NCBI GenBank assembly: GCA_051252375.1
Contig: JBPOFY010000007.1
Coordinates: 103,843 to 167,842, forward strand
Length of the DNA: 64,000 bases
Direction of reading: 5' to 3'
Origin: Opitutaceae bacterium
GTDB lineage: Bacteria > Verrucomicrobiota > Verrucomicrobiia > Opitutales > Coraliomargaritaceae
This document shows, in pieces, positions 48,515 to 62,599 of this stretch; position 1 is the first letter of the stretch; each line of letters opens with the position of its first letter. Under the pieces are notes generated by a model. The model worked only from the letters and a program-made list of their open reading frames with translations. It did no database searches and was not told the DNA's origin. The translations under genes and the position numbers were made by a program.

Positions 48515-49101
48515 TTCGATTCTGGGTTTAGGATTCGTTGCATTTGATTACGTGCAGTGTGTAATCGCGACATGACGGTACCTACTTTGCAGCCGAGTAT
48601 ACTCGCTATTTCTGCATAAGTATAGTTTTCAAATTCCTTTAATACAAGAGTGAGGCGCTGCGCTTCGGGTAACTGGGCGATGGCAGCATGTAGTTCTGCA
48701 TGACGTTCCGCAGTTTGCATGTCTTTAGCGGGATCCGATCGTCCGGTAATTGCCTGACCGGATTCTTTGCGGAGGTCTTCACGACTTAGTAACTGAGTGA
48801 AGCGTGACCAGTAACGACGCTTGCGCTTCAACTCGTCCAATGCGCTGTTAACAGCGATCCTGTGGATCCAGGTGGAATAACTTGCTTTAAAATTATAATT
48901 GGTCCGCTTCTGCCAGGCTTTGACCCATACGGTTTGGGTGACTTCAATTGCGCTGGCTTCATCGCCAAGCATCCCGTAAACGGTGCGATATACCCGCGGG
49001 TAGAGCTGTTTAAATAATGCAGAAAACGCCTGTTGGTCGCCAGCGATCACGTCGGTCACCAGTTGTGCTTCGGTTTTTGACGTATGTTCGGAGATGTCCA
49101 T
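48511..49101 (-). CDS. ECF sigma-70 factor
   Basis: GDQQAF..L, STWIHRIAVN, LPEAQR..LVL..FE..TY.EIA.ILGC.VGTVMSRLH.AR. Confidence 0.92.
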   Translation of the reverse strand: MDISEHTSKTEAQLVTDVIAGDQQAFSALFKQLYPRVYRTVYGMLGDEASAIEVTQTVWVKAWQKRTNYNFKASYSTWIHRIAVNSALDELKRKRRYWSRFTQLLSREDLRKESGQAITGRSDPAKDMQTAERHAELHAAIAQLPEAQRLTLVLKEFENYTYAEIASILGCKVGTVMSRLHTARNQMQRILNPESK

Positions 49102-49211
49102 CGGGGCGTATTATGGATATTTTGACCGTGTAAGTCGCATTCAGTTGCATCGCTTTTCGTATTTTTCGCCTCTGCGCTTGTCATTTATAGGGCGAATGCT
49201 TTGATAAAGTA

Positions 49212-49997
49212 GTGCTACCATTAAAATCAGTTACCCCCAGCTTCATTTTGTTATTAATTAACTTGGTCCTCTGTCAAATGGCTTGGAGCCAAGAAGCGGT
49301 CACTGAAGAAGATCCCTTGCCCACTTTAATGGAATTACACATTGAACATGTGAATGCTAATGGCGGACGTGCAGAACTAGCAAAGGTTCAGTCGATAATG
49401 GTTACAGGGAAATTATCTATACCGGATAGCGACGAAGACACCAGAATAACCTACTACAAAAAGCGCCCCAATAAGATGCGAGTAAGTGTAAGCCGCAATC
49501 CGATACAGATTGAGACGATGTATAATGGGAAAAAGGCTTGGACTGTTTTTCGCGGTCCCAACGGTGAGGACATAAATGAAGTTATTGATGCTCAGGAGCT
49601 ACTGGAAACAGAGCAAAATAGTCGATTTATAGGACCATTTCAATCACTGATGGGAAATGACAAGTTTGCGACACCTGTTGCATTCGAGGAAGTCGATGGT
49701 CAAGAAGCCATACGTATCGAAGTAAAGCCCGAGGCGAATCTTCCGTTCGATACGATCTGGATCAGTCGCGAACATTTCCAAGAAATAAAAGTGACGAAGA
49801 TCATTGTTGATCCAAGCGCTCCGAAAAAAACCCTTCTGAATGAAATTTTCTATGAAAACTTCGAACAAGTCGATGGCGTCTGGTTTGCGAAAACCAGTAG
49901 ATATTTCATGGATGGCAAACAACAGCAATTGATTGAGGTGGATAAAATCCGCCTTAACCCCGGCATATACGATAGCTATTTTGAAAGGCAAAAGTAG
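49212..49997 (+). CDS. LolA-like outer-membrane lipoprotein-sorting family protein (paralogue of 39099)
   Basis: Signal peptide; ANGG..L.KVQS..TG.L, KKRPNKMR, YNGKKAW, LNPGI.DSYF. Confidence 0.6.
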   Translation: MLPLKSVTPSFILLLINLVLCQMAWSQEAVTEEDPLPTLMELHIEHVNANGGRAELAKVQSIMVTGKLSIPDSDEDTRITYYKKRPNKMRVSVSRNPIQIETMYNGKKAWTVFRGPNGEDINEVIDAQELLETEQNSRFIGPFQSLMGNDKFATPVAFEEVDGQEAIRIEVKPEANLPFDTIWISREHFQEIKVTKIIVDPSAPKKTLLNEIFYENFEQVDGVWFAKTSRYFMDGKQQQLIEVDKIRLNPGIYDSYFERQK

Positions 49998-49999
49998 CC

Positions 50000-52021
50000 G
50001 TGCGACGATTGCAAACGACACAGGGCGGATGCCTAAAGTGCTGTTTTTATTTGCTGTTGCTCTCTCTTATTTTCGTGGGGGTGATTGCATGGCAGGCGAC
50101 TCGTATAGTCGAGATACTCATACAACCAAGTCTGGTTGATCGGTCTGCAACGATTGAGATAAGCGCCATTCGAGTCACGAGCAGTGGGTTGCGCGTAGAA
50201 GTTGATTCATATACCGAACCTGGCATTTCAATTGAACAGCTAGAGACAATACTGCCTTGGTCAGGACTTCTGGCATACAAGCATGCGCTCAACGTAAACG
50301 TGAATTGCGGAAAGCTGGCATTGGATGCGGCCACATTCGTAACTGATGATCCTGCCAAAACTTCAAAAAGCTTAGGTGAGCAGTTGGCGGAATTATCAGA
50401 CTCCATCGAGGTGGTATTCGAAAAACTGACTACCTCTCTGAATGAACGCCCCGTCAATAGTTTTGATATCACGATCGATGAAATAGAGTGCAAGATACAG
50501 GACAACACATACCGATTTGAACTGGAAACATCTCTCATTACAGGCGTCGACGGGACGACAGTGCTTTCGCTACAAGTCGCGAATCCACAAATCACCTGCA
50601 ACGTTCGGATGCGAATGCCAGGCACTGCTGATTCGGTGGGAGTGGATTTTTCAGCCTACGCAAAAGAGTGGGATGTTTTTTCCAAACAATACCTCAGCGC
50701 AGTTCTGTCTGTTTTATCTAAACAACAGATTGATTTTTACTTAGACCCACTTTCGGATGAACGTTTTTTAGATATATCAGGCTACGCACGATGGCATTCG
50801 GAGAAGCCAAATGAACTACGTGCCGCACTGCTTGGTAATATCGGTCCAACCGAGGTTTTTGTCCCACATGGTGAATGGTCGACTGAACCGATAGCCTTTG
50901 GCTTTGCGACAAATGGTAACAACCTGGCACGCGCATACCTACAAGTTCCGATTCGTGGAATGCGATCAGGCAACTGGAGTGAGCCGAGAGGTGAACTGAG
51001 TTTTCAGATGCACAACGACGCAGCCAATGTTGAGCTGAAAGTAGGAGAGAATAGCTTTAGCATACAATCAGCGCACTTACTTGAATTGTTCGAAGGTTTT
51101 GGCGAACTACCATTCTCTGTTCAGCTCAATGCACTATCAGCGGACATGCTGAGAAGTCTTGCTGCTGATCATGTTCCATTGGATCTGAATTTTGAAGGCC
51201 AACTACAAATTGATGGTGTTCATTTAATCGATAACTTCGAATGGCAGAATATGGAGGCAAGCAGTCAATGGACAGTGGAGACGCTTGATTGGCCATCGAA
51301 GAGCTTCAACCTTCGAGGCTTTGCTGGTTCAATTGATCTGGATGGCTTGATAGATTTCAGCCCGATACTGGACAGCACTTTTAAAATTAAAAAGATGGCG
51401 GTCGCGGGGATAGAGATAACAGACCTCGCAACGAGTATCGCAAGCAGCGGCGATGGAAAGTTGATCGTGGACGGGGCACAGATGAATACTCTCGGCGGGG
51501 AAATATCCTTAAAGTCCTTTGAAGTGCTCTTAGCACAACGCACAAGCGGTCCGATCAAACTAGTATTGAAAAATATCGATTTGACGACGCTAGCGAAGTC
51601 GGTGCCACAGTTTGATGGAGAACTAGAGGGCAAGAGTTCGGGGGACCTCAGTATTGCAATGACTCCAGCGGGGCTAAACATCCTCGGCGGAGGGCTCGGT
51701 CTAGATGCGGATCAACCCGCTCATCTTTCATATTCGATGAAAGGTCTCCTGACCCAAGGTTTAAAGCCCGGAACAGCCGCTCACACCCAATATCAAATGG
51801 CCGAGAAGGCACTTGAGGATCTGTATTTGCAACGCTTTCAAATCGATTTTTTCCCGAATGCAGATGCGACTAAGCCCGTAAGGCTGACGTTCTTTGGCGA
51901 ATCGAACCAAGACGGCACCATCGTTCCGGTAGATTACACTCTAAACGTAAATACCAATGATAGTGCTGGTTTGATCCAACTGTTGCAAATGATGCAGCGT
52001 GGCGATCTGCAGGTGAATTAG
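50000..52021 (+). CDS. YdbH-like (AsmA-related) intermembrane protein
   Basis: N-terminal TM anchor, beta-rich body, C-terminal LGGEI.L..F..L.NIDL..L...G.LEG..SG.L and ALEDL..F pattern. Confidence 0.65.
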   Translation: MRRLQTTQGGCLKCCFYLLLLSLIFVGVIAWQATRIVEILIQPSLVDRSATIEISAIRVTSSGLRVEVDSYTEPGISIEQLETILPWSGLLAYKHALNVNVNCGKLALDAATFVTDDPAKTSKSLGEQLAELSDSIEVVFEKLTTSLNERPVNSFDITIDEIECKIQDNTYRFELETSLITGVDGTTVLSLQVANPQITCNVRMRMPGTADSVGVDFSAYAKEWDVFSKQYLSAVLSVLSKQQIDFYLDPLSDERFLDISGYARWHSEKPNELRAALLGNIGPTEVFVPHGEWSTEPIAFGFATNGNNLARAYLQVPIRGMRSGNWSEPRGELSFQMHNDAANVELKVGENSFSIQSAHLLELFEGFGELPFSVQLNALSADMLRSLAADHVPLDLNFEGQLQIDGVHLIDNFEWQNMEASSQWTVETLDWPSKSFNLRGFAGSIDLDGLIDFSPILDSTFKIKKMAVAGIEITDLATSIASSGDGKLIVDGAQMNTLGGEISLKSFEVLLAQRTSGPIKLVLKNIDLTTLAKSVPQFDGELEGKSSGDLSIAMTPAGLNILGGGLGLDADQPAHLSYSMKGLLTQGLKPGTAAHTQYQMAEKALEDLYLQRFQIDFFPNADATKPVRLTFFGESNQDGTIVPVDYTLNVNTNDSAGLIQLLQMMQRGDLQVN

Positions 52022-52089
52022 CTGCCACGAGAATATTTCTATTTCCCTGTCTTGTATCTTTGAGTGCAGACACTGTATAACTGGGCGTA

Positions 52090-53058
52090 ATGAAAGCATA
52101 TTTAGGGATTGATGGTGGTGGCACGCGGACAAGGAGTTTGCTCGTATCGGAATCAGGTGAAATTTTAGGGCGCGCGGTCGTGGGTCCTTCCAATGTGCAA
52201 CAAGTCGATATGGAGACCCTATATGGTCGGCTACAGGAACTACTGGATCAGACCTTCAATAACTTACCCAAGGATATTGAATACATCTCTTCTTGTTTTG
52301 GCCTCGCGGGTGCCGCTTCAGCAAAGAATAAAGATGAAATCCGTGAAATGCTGGTGAGCTTAACTCCAGTTCCGGCAGAGCGCCCGATCCTCACTTCCGA
52401 TGCGCATATTGGTTTGATTGGAGCTTTAGCGAACCGCCCCGGACTTATGCTAATTGCTGGCACAGGTTCGATCTGCCTTGGGCGTGACATTGATGGGGTG
52501 ACGCATCGCACAGGCGGCTGGGGACCTGCTTATGATGACCTTGGCAGTGGTTCTTGGATTGGGCAACAAGCCATGCAAGCCACGTTTCAAGAATCAGACG
52601 GGCGACGACCTTCAGGTCCTTGGCAAAGAAATGTTTTGAGCCGTTTCCGCTGCGATTCGATCGAGGAGCTCTTATGCAAAGTCAAGACCGGCGAAATCAG
52701 TAATCCCGATGTATCCACTTTGGCGCCGATGGTCATACAGCTCGCAGAAACTGGAGTCTCCGACGCAGATGATATATTGAATCGGGCAGCGCAAGAGTTA
52801 GTGCGCGCAGTGGTCGTGACGCATCGTAAATCAAAACTGCAAAAGGCGCCATTGATCTTAATGGGAGGGCTTTTAGATAAGTCCGAATTTTTCCGCAAAA
52901 AATTAATCGATGCACTACAAGTGGCAGAACCTGCGGTCCATATCCAGAAGCGCTTGATGTCACCCATTGTGGGTGCAGTGGTGGTCGCTTGTAAGAAATC
53001 GAACGATGGACTTCCTCCTGAGTTAGAAAAAGTGCTGGTCGCAGAACTAGCGTCCTAA
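52090..53058 (+). CDS. BadF-type N-acetylglucosamine/MurNAc kinase
   Basis: GIDGGGTRT, SDAH, IAGTGS, GGWG..DD.GSG.WIG. Confidence 0.85.
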   Translation: MKAYLGIDGGGTRTRSLLVSESGEILGRAVVGPSNVQQVDMETLYGRLQELLDQTFNNLPKDIEYISSCFGLAGAASAKNKDEIREMLVSLTPVPAERPILTSDAHIGLIGALANRPGLMLIAGTGSICLGRDIDGVTHRTGGWGPAYDDLGSGSWIGQQAMQATFQESDGRRPSGPWQRNVLSRFRCDSIEELLCKVKTGEISNPDVSTLAPMVIQLAETGVSDADDILNRAAQELVRAVVVTHRKSKLQKAPLILMGGLLDKSEFFRKKLIDALQVAEPAVHIQKRLMSPIVGAVVVACKKSNDGLPPELEKVLVAELAS

Positions 53059-53077
53059 TTTTTCAATACAGCGGGGA

Positions 53078-54694
53078 CTAGGCCAATAATCCGATTAAGA
53101 TTTTTGCGATTAAAATCATGACGATCAAAGCAATTGGATAGGCTGACACGTAGCTGACGACGGGCACCTGTGAATCCGATTTTGCGGTGATGGCGCCAAG
53201 CGCTGGGGTCGAAGTCATGCCACCGCAAATACCACCCAATGCTTGCAGCGGATCGAGTTTGAATAATTTACGAGCCAGCGGCCAAGCCAGCATGAGTGGC
53301 AGCGTGCTCACACAAACACCTAGTCCGAACAAGACCGGTCCGTATTCTTGCAGCGTGGCGATCATCGAACCACCGCCGCGAACCCCTGCATTGGCGAGAA
53401 AGAAAACCAAGCCCAGTTCTTGCAATAGCAAGCGAGTGGGGCGAGGGATGTGACCAACGATGCGTCCGACCCGACCAAAGTGCCCTAGTATCAGCGCCAC
53501 CAATAGTGGCCCCCCGGCTAAGCCCAGTGTGATCGGTGTGCTGTTAGGCAAGCCAATAGGGATGAGCCCGACGATAATGCCGAGTGTTAATCCAGCAGAA
53601 AGCGAGAGCAGGTCTGTTGCATCGATCGCGTTGGATCGGTGCCCGACGGCCTTCGCAAAAACTTTGAGGTCATCGGTCCGACCAACTGACGTCAGCTGAT
53701 CGTTGACTTCGATGATCGTTGAGGCGTTTGGCACGAAGGTGAGACCGAGTCGAGTGATACGGGTGATCACTACACCGTAGTTTTTAAGAGGGCCTAGGTC
53801 GCGGATGGTTTGGCCAGCAACCTTACGAATGGTGACTAATAATTGCTGCCGTTCGTTTTCAACATCCTTGAGCAAGTGTCGTTCGCTTCGGTGCCCGAGG
53901 TAGTCGATTGCAATGGCGATTTCTTTACTACGCCCAACAAGTAAGAGCAACTGACCTTGGCTAAAGACGTCGTCATAACTCAAGGGCACAAGCTGCTCAT
54001 CTTTAAACACACGAGAGACTTGGCACGCATTGAAGTTGGCGATGCCAGCATCGGCGATTTTCTTTCCAATCAGATTGGAATTCGTCACTTCGACTAAAAC
54101 GTTTTCGACTCGGTCCTCCGCCTCATCCTTAGCGGCATGAGTTTCCGCAATCGCCTCTAAATCGTGTTTTAACAGACGTGGGAGCAATTGAACAAACAGC
54201 ACCACGCCAATCACACCAAAGGGGTAGGCGATACCATAGCCAATACTGACACCAGAAGCCGATTCCTTCAGACCCTCAGTCGCAGCGGCCAATGCAGGTG
54301 TGCTCGTCAGTGCTCCAGCAAAGATGCCAGTCGCGAGGTCTGCGGGTATGTCAAAAAGCGTGGCACCTGCCCAAGTGATCGCTCCGCCGGTGGCGACAAT
54401 GACCAAGGCGAGCTTTGCTAAAGTGGCGCCTTCCCTGGCAACAGAGGCGAAGAAGCGACCACCTGCTCCGATCCCGACACAGTATACAAAGAGCACTAAC
54501 CCAAGCGTGCCCACGCCACCAGGGATACTGTAGCCCAGATGACCCGCAACTAGTGCCGAGAAGAGCACCCCCGAACTACCAAGATTGATCCCTTTGATCG
54601 TAATATTTCCCAACAGTAAGCCTGTTGCAATAATTGCAAAGAGAGCGACCAGAGGTTGCTCGAGCAGTAATGAGTGAAGTGCTTCCAAATTCAT
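53078..54694 (-). CDS. YidE/YbjL (aspartate:alanine exchanger family) transporter with TrkA-C domains
   Basis: GALTSTPALAAA, GYGIAYPFGV, GGMTSTPAL duplicated membrane halves. Confidence 0.88.
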   Translation of the reverse strand: MNLEALHSLLLEQPLVALFAIIATGLLLGNITIKGINLGSSGVLFSALVAGHLGYSIPGGVGTLGLVLFVYCVGIGAGGRFFASVAREGATLAKLALVIVATGGAITWAGATLFDIPADLATGIFAGALTSTPALAAATEGLKESASGVSIGYGIAYPFGVIGVVLFVQLLPRLLKHDLEAIAETHAAKDEAEDRVENVLVEVTNSNLIGKKIADAGIANFNACQVSRVFKDEQLVPLSYDDVFSQGQLLLLVGRSKEIAIAIDYLGHRSERHLLKDVENERQQLLVTIRKVAGQTIRDLGPLKNYGVVITRITRLGLTFVPNASTIIEVNDQLTSVGRTDDLKVFAKAVGHRSNAIDATDLLSLSAGLTLGIIVGLIPIGLPNSTPITLGLAGGPLLVALILGHFGRVGRIVGHIPRPTRLLLQELGLVFFLANAGVRGGGSMIATLQEYGPVLFGLGVCVSTLPLMLAWPLARKLFKLDPLQALGGICGGMTSTPALGAITAKSDSQVPVVSYVSAYPIALIVMILIAKILIGLLA

Positions 54695-54728
54695 ATTATG
54701 TCCGTTCCCGGAGGTATCATTAAAATGA

Positions 54729-56726
<1,998 letters not shown>

Positions 56727-56784
56727 TCATTGAAAGCGTAATTAGAAGCAAATCAATGTGAATCAAGGCATCTGCCTGAAATAG

Positions 56785-57243
56785 CTACTCGACAATATAG
56801 TAATAGCGGTCACCTGAGATTTGACGATATTGCCCAGTGGATAAATTACCGTCGTCAAATTTCTGATCAAATTTAAGCAACTGATCATTACTGACAGTAT
56901 AACCATGCACACCAACCGCGCATTTAATTCCAAATGTGTTACTCTCAACATCCCATTGACCGCCAATCGATGGACCTTCAGCCCATTGGCTAGGTTTCAG
57001 ATAAACCGAGAAACCAGCTGGTAATTGCCCAGATGCAGAATTTTCAGGGTAGGTGCCAGTCGAATGTATAAATGTATCGATCAAGCCGACATAGTTTCTA
57101 AAGTCGTTTGCTAATCGCGCATTTTGAGAGCTTATGCGAGCACGTGAGAACGCGGGGATCGCGATTGTTGTCAAAAGACCAATGATCACGACAACGATCA
57201 TTATTTCGACGAGGGTAAATCCAGACTTGTAGTTTCGTCTCAT
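56785..57243 (-). CDS. Type IV pilin / pseudopilin-like protein
   Basis: Class III signal GFTLVEIMIVVVIIGLL. Confidence 0.88.
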   Translation of the reverse strand: MRRNYKSGFTLVEIMIVVVIIGLLTTIAIPAFSRARISSQNARLANDFRNYVGLIDTFIHSTGTYPENSASGQLPAGFSVYLKPSQWAEGPSIGGQWDVESNTFGIKCAVGVHGYTVSNDQLLKFDQKFDDGNLSTGQYRQISGDRYYYIVE

Positions 57244-57338
57244 TAGGGGATGACTTTTAGTTAAGAGTAGATCGACGACTTTTTCACGACAATTCCTCGT
57301 CCTAATGATTATTTCATAACCAAATTACATACAGCGAG

Positions 57339-59357
<2,019 letters not shown>

Positions 59358-59419
59358 GCACATTCACTGTAGCTTTAGATTTGCCAAACACACTAGAGGC
59401 AGGGAAAGTCACGCACATT

Positions 59420-60814
59420 ATGGCAGACGAAAAAAAGCAAGCTACTTGGGGAGGGCGGTTCTCGGAAGGACCCGCTGATTTGATGCTACGCATCGGTGAA
59501 TCGGTTTCTTTCGATCAACGACTTGCTGCCTTCGACATTCAGGGTAGCCAAGCGCAAGCTGCGATGCTCGCCCATGTCGGCATCATCACTGAAGCGGAAC
59601 GCGATGCGATTCAAGAGGGCCTCGATGCTATCTTCGCTGAGATCGAGGCAGGTAAATTTCATTGGGACAAGTCACTCGAAGATGTGCACATGAACATCGA
59701 GCAGGCATTGACTCTAAAAGTGCCTGCCGCTGCAAAGCTACACACCGCACGGAGCCGGAACGACCAAGTCGCTACAGATATGCGTTTATGGTTTAAGTTC
59801 GCCTGCGAACAATTGGATGCCTCATTGACGGCTACGATTCAGTCGTTGGTCGACTTGGCAGATAAGACCAGCGCTGTGATCATCCCAGGCTATACGCATT
59901 TACAGCGCGCTCAACCAGTTTCTATGGCGCACCATCTGCTCGCTTATGTCGAAATGTTTGACCGTGATCGGCAACGTGTCGCAGATGTTAAAGAGCAAGC
60001 CAATGTATGCCCGCTAGGCTCAGGAGCGATTGCTGGCACCACCTTGCCGATTGATCGGGAATTTGTCGCCAAGGCGCTCGGTTTCGTCGATGCCGATGGC
60101 AACCCGAAGTGCACGCAGAACAGTATGGACGCCGTGAGCGACCGCGACACATTTATCGGATTTGCCGCCGCTTGCGCCACGATTGGCGTGCACCTTTCAC
60201 GTTTGTCCGAAGACTTCATTCTTTGGAGTAGTGCAGAGTTTAGCTTTGTGAAATTGCCCGACGCATTCACCACTGGCTCCAGCCTCATGCCGCAGAAGAA
60301 AAACCCCGATGCCTTCGAGCTAATCCGGGGGAAGTCCGCTCGTTTGACCGGCAACTTGCAAATGTTGCTCACCATGGTCAAAGGACTGCCGCTGACCTAT
60401 AATCGCGATTTACAAGAAGACAAACCGCCGGTCTTTGACTCGCTCGATCAGACGCTACTCATGCTCGATTGCGTCGCGGCTTGTTTACCTGGGGTCACTG
60501 CGGACGAGGCGAAGTGCGCGATCGCGGTTGCGGACCCAGCATTGCTGGCCACGGATGTGGTTGATTACCTTGTGGTCAAAGGCGTGCCATTTCGCGAAGC
60601 CCACCACGTAGTCGGTGCTCTTGTCGGTCTGTCCGAAAAATTGGATACACCACTCAATAAACTGCCATATGCAGAAGTTTCTAAGATACACCCACAACTC
60701 GGGGAAGACTGGAGCGAGGTTTTCGATTTAGAACGTGCTTTGAAAGCTCGCGAGAAAACTGGCATGCCCGGCCCCAAGCAAGTCGCCGCACGGATCGCCC
60801 ACTGGCGCAAGTAG
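59420..60814 (+). CDS. argH: Argininosuccinate lyase
   Basis: [38 protein letters not shown]. Confidence 0.96.
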   Translation: MADEKKQATWGGRFSEGPADLMLRIGESVSFDQRLAAFDIQGSQAQAAMLAHVGIITEAERDAIQEGLDAIFAEIEAGKFHWDKSLEDVHMNIEQALTLKVPAAAKLHTARSRNDQVATDMRLWFKFACEQLDASLTATIQSLVDLADKTSAVIIPGYTHLQRAQPVSMAHHLLAYVEMFDRDRQRVADVKEQANVCPLGSGAIAGTTLPIDREFVAKALGFVDADGNPKCTQNSMDAVSDRDTFIGFAAACATIGVHLSRLSEDFILWSSAEFSFVKLPDAFTTGSSLMPQKKNPDAFELIRGKSARLTGNLQMLLTMVKGLPLTYNRDLQEDKPPVFDSLDQTLLMLDCVAACLPGVTADEAKCAIAVADPALLATDVVDYLVVKGVPFREAHHVVGALVGLSEKLDTPLNKLPYAEVSKIHPQLGEDWSEVFDLERALKAREKTGMPGPKQVAARIAHWRK

Positions 60815-60849
60815 GCGTGCGGCTATCCTGCCGATGGACTCGGGTGGAA

Positions 60850-61082
60850 CCCAGATTATGCAATAGGATGAGATGTGTGCTTTGCAACTGACACCCAAGG
60901 GAGCGTATATAAATACGTGACCGCAGGGCGGGTAGGCAGTAAAGTGCGCATGTCGCCTAAGCGTTTTTCGAACACCATCAAGGTGACCACATTTCTAATG
61001 TGATACATTATAAATGTGGCTGATCGACAATCACTTAGAAACCTAGAATTCCGGTTCGGAAAACTCGTTTGCATAATTAGGG
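60850..61082. mobile_element. Possible MITE / IS remnant
   Basis: Ends cccagattatgcaa and (reverse complement) ccctaattatgcaa; central 15-bp inverted repeat; no clear target-site duplication. Confidence 0.4.
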
Positions 61083-61169
61083 TTAAATGATCAGCCATCC
61101 AATCAATGCGATTATAAAAATCAGCAGCAGGATGGAGAGGGTGGTTCGCTCTTGTTTGGTGATGCGCAT
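61083..61169 (-). CDS. Putative 28-aa single-TM peptide (not in the ORF track)
   Basis: MRITKQERTTLSILLLIFIIALIGWLII*. Confidence 0.5.
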   Translation of the reverse strand: MRITKQERTTLSILLLIFIIALIGWLII

Positions 61170-61245
61170 GGCGACCACCATTCAGTAGAACGATTGTTGG
61201 ACGACAAGGTTTGAATTTTTCGGTATAACTGCTTTAGTGGTTGGC

Positions 61246-61803
61246 ATGAAGTCTATCTTACCTCTCCTCGTTGCCATTATTGTATTTTCCGGTTGTGCCA
61301 CCACCACTGATCCAAACGCGCAGTTTGTAGGGTCGGTCGACTTCTCTCCATTGGATCAGTTCTCTTATAAGCATACCCTCATCACAGGCATGAATTTCCG
61401 AGAGTCCGAAGAACTCTTGATTGAGGAAATGTCTGAGGTGGTGCTTTCTAGTGAACTCCGCCAGCGCGGTTTTGAGCAGGTCGACTCAGACGCAGACTTC
61501 TATGTGGTCACCAAATGGAAAAAGGCAGTCAGCAGTTATCCCTCCATACATGATTCTATTGATGGTCCGTTTGAGAGTTTAGGTCGTCGCGATAACCCAA
61601 GCTACAAGTTCGGCTCTCGATTGCACCTCACGGTCGAAATCTATGAAGCTGGCACGAACAATCTTTTTTGGCGTAATGATCTTCCCAATATTTTTGATGC
61701 CACACAATTCACCGAAGGTCGCTTGATTGAGTCCCTCAAACATGCGATTAAGAATTTCCCGAACCATATCGAAAAAGATCCGAATCTTCCAAGTATCGAG
61801 TAG
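61246..61803 (+). CDS. DUF4136-like lipoprotein
   Basis: Lipobox VFSGC; VDFS....F, L.QRGF.QV...AD, L.VEIY..TN..FW. Confidence 0.7.
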   Translation: MKSILPLLVAIIVFSGCATTTDPNAQFVGSVDFSPLDQFSYKHTLITGMNFRESEELLIEEMSEVVLSSELRQRGFEQVDSDADFYVVTKWKKAVSSYPSIHDSIDGPFESLGRRDNPSYKFGSRLHLTVEIYEAGTNNLFWRNDLPNIFDATQFTEGRLIESLKHAIKNFPNHIEKDPNLPSIE

Positions 61804-61826
61804 GGCTATTGCCCGACTATCGAATG

Positions 61827-62573
61827 CTACACCACCAAGGCTGAAGCAAGGAACTGCTTGATTACAGCAGCCGTTTCATCCGGCGACTCCAAATGCGGCA
61901 TGTGGCCTGCCGATGAAATTATCGCTGTTTGCGCTTTTGGTAAAGTCGCCTGCATTCGCCTAGCTATGACGCTATACTTTGCATCTTGATCGCCTGCTAT
62001 GCAGAGCGTGGGCATGGTGAGCTTTGGTAATTGGGACCAGAGGTGGGGGAAGGCACCTTGACCGAAACCTCGTAGGCTAGCTGCTAAACCAGCACTCGTT
62101 AAAGCGGCACGATTCGCTTGCATCACACTCAACCATTCATGGCGAATGTTCTGCTGCGACTGGATCAAAGGTTGCGACTGCCAATACTCTAGAAAGGTCT
62201 CCACGCCATCGGTTTCAATTCGATCTGCGAGCGCATTGTCAGACTCGCACCGTGCCGCTCGATCATCTACATTTTCAATACCGGGATTACCGCTGATAAG
62301 AATCAAAGCATCCCAGCATTGTGGATGTTCTAGCGCGTGGAGTAGGGCTGCGCGCGCGCCCATCGAATATCCCAATAAGATGCGTGGAGTCGCTTGAACT
62401 TCACGAGCGTGTCTGCCCACTGAATCAATCATTCCATCAGGTGAGCAATCAGCTTGCGCAACAGCACCATGTCCCGGTAGGTCAGGGCATAACCAATGTC
62501 CGCCGAAAATATCTGTAAATGGAGCAAAATCTTCACCGCATCCGGTGAAGCCATGTAGCGCAAGGATCGTCAT
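61827..62573 (-). CDS. Alpha/beta hydrolase, MenH-like
   Basis: LHGFTG, DLPGHG, GYSMG nucleophile, GDQD.KY, AGHMPH. Confidence 0.8.
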   Translation of the reverse strand: MTILALHGFTGCGEDFAPFTDIFGGHWLCPDLPGHGAVAQADCSPDGMIDSVGRHAREVQATPRILLGYSMGARAALLHALEHPQCWDALILISGNPGIENVDDRAARCESDNALADRIETDGVETFLEYWQSQPLIQSQQNIRHEWLSVMQANRAALTSAGLAASLRGFGQGAFPHLWSQLPKLTMPTLCIAGDQDAKYSVIARRMQATLPKAQTAIISSAGHMPHLESPDETAAVIKQFLASALVV

Positions 62574-62599
62574 CTACTTTGAACAGCGTGCATCAAAGC

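Noticed and set aside
61064..61090. dif-like look (gcataa...gttaaat)
   Set aside because: The spacing does not fit the 11-6-11 XerC/XerD layout; better explained as an inverted-repeat end plus a stop codon.
60856..61098. 80-aa minus-strand ORF
   Set aside because: No recognisable motif; it lies within the inverted-repeat-bounded segment and is probably spurious.
61827..62573. Assigning the symbol menH
   Set aside because: The motifs are compatible, but no other men genes are adjacent, so specificity cannot be fixed from sequence.
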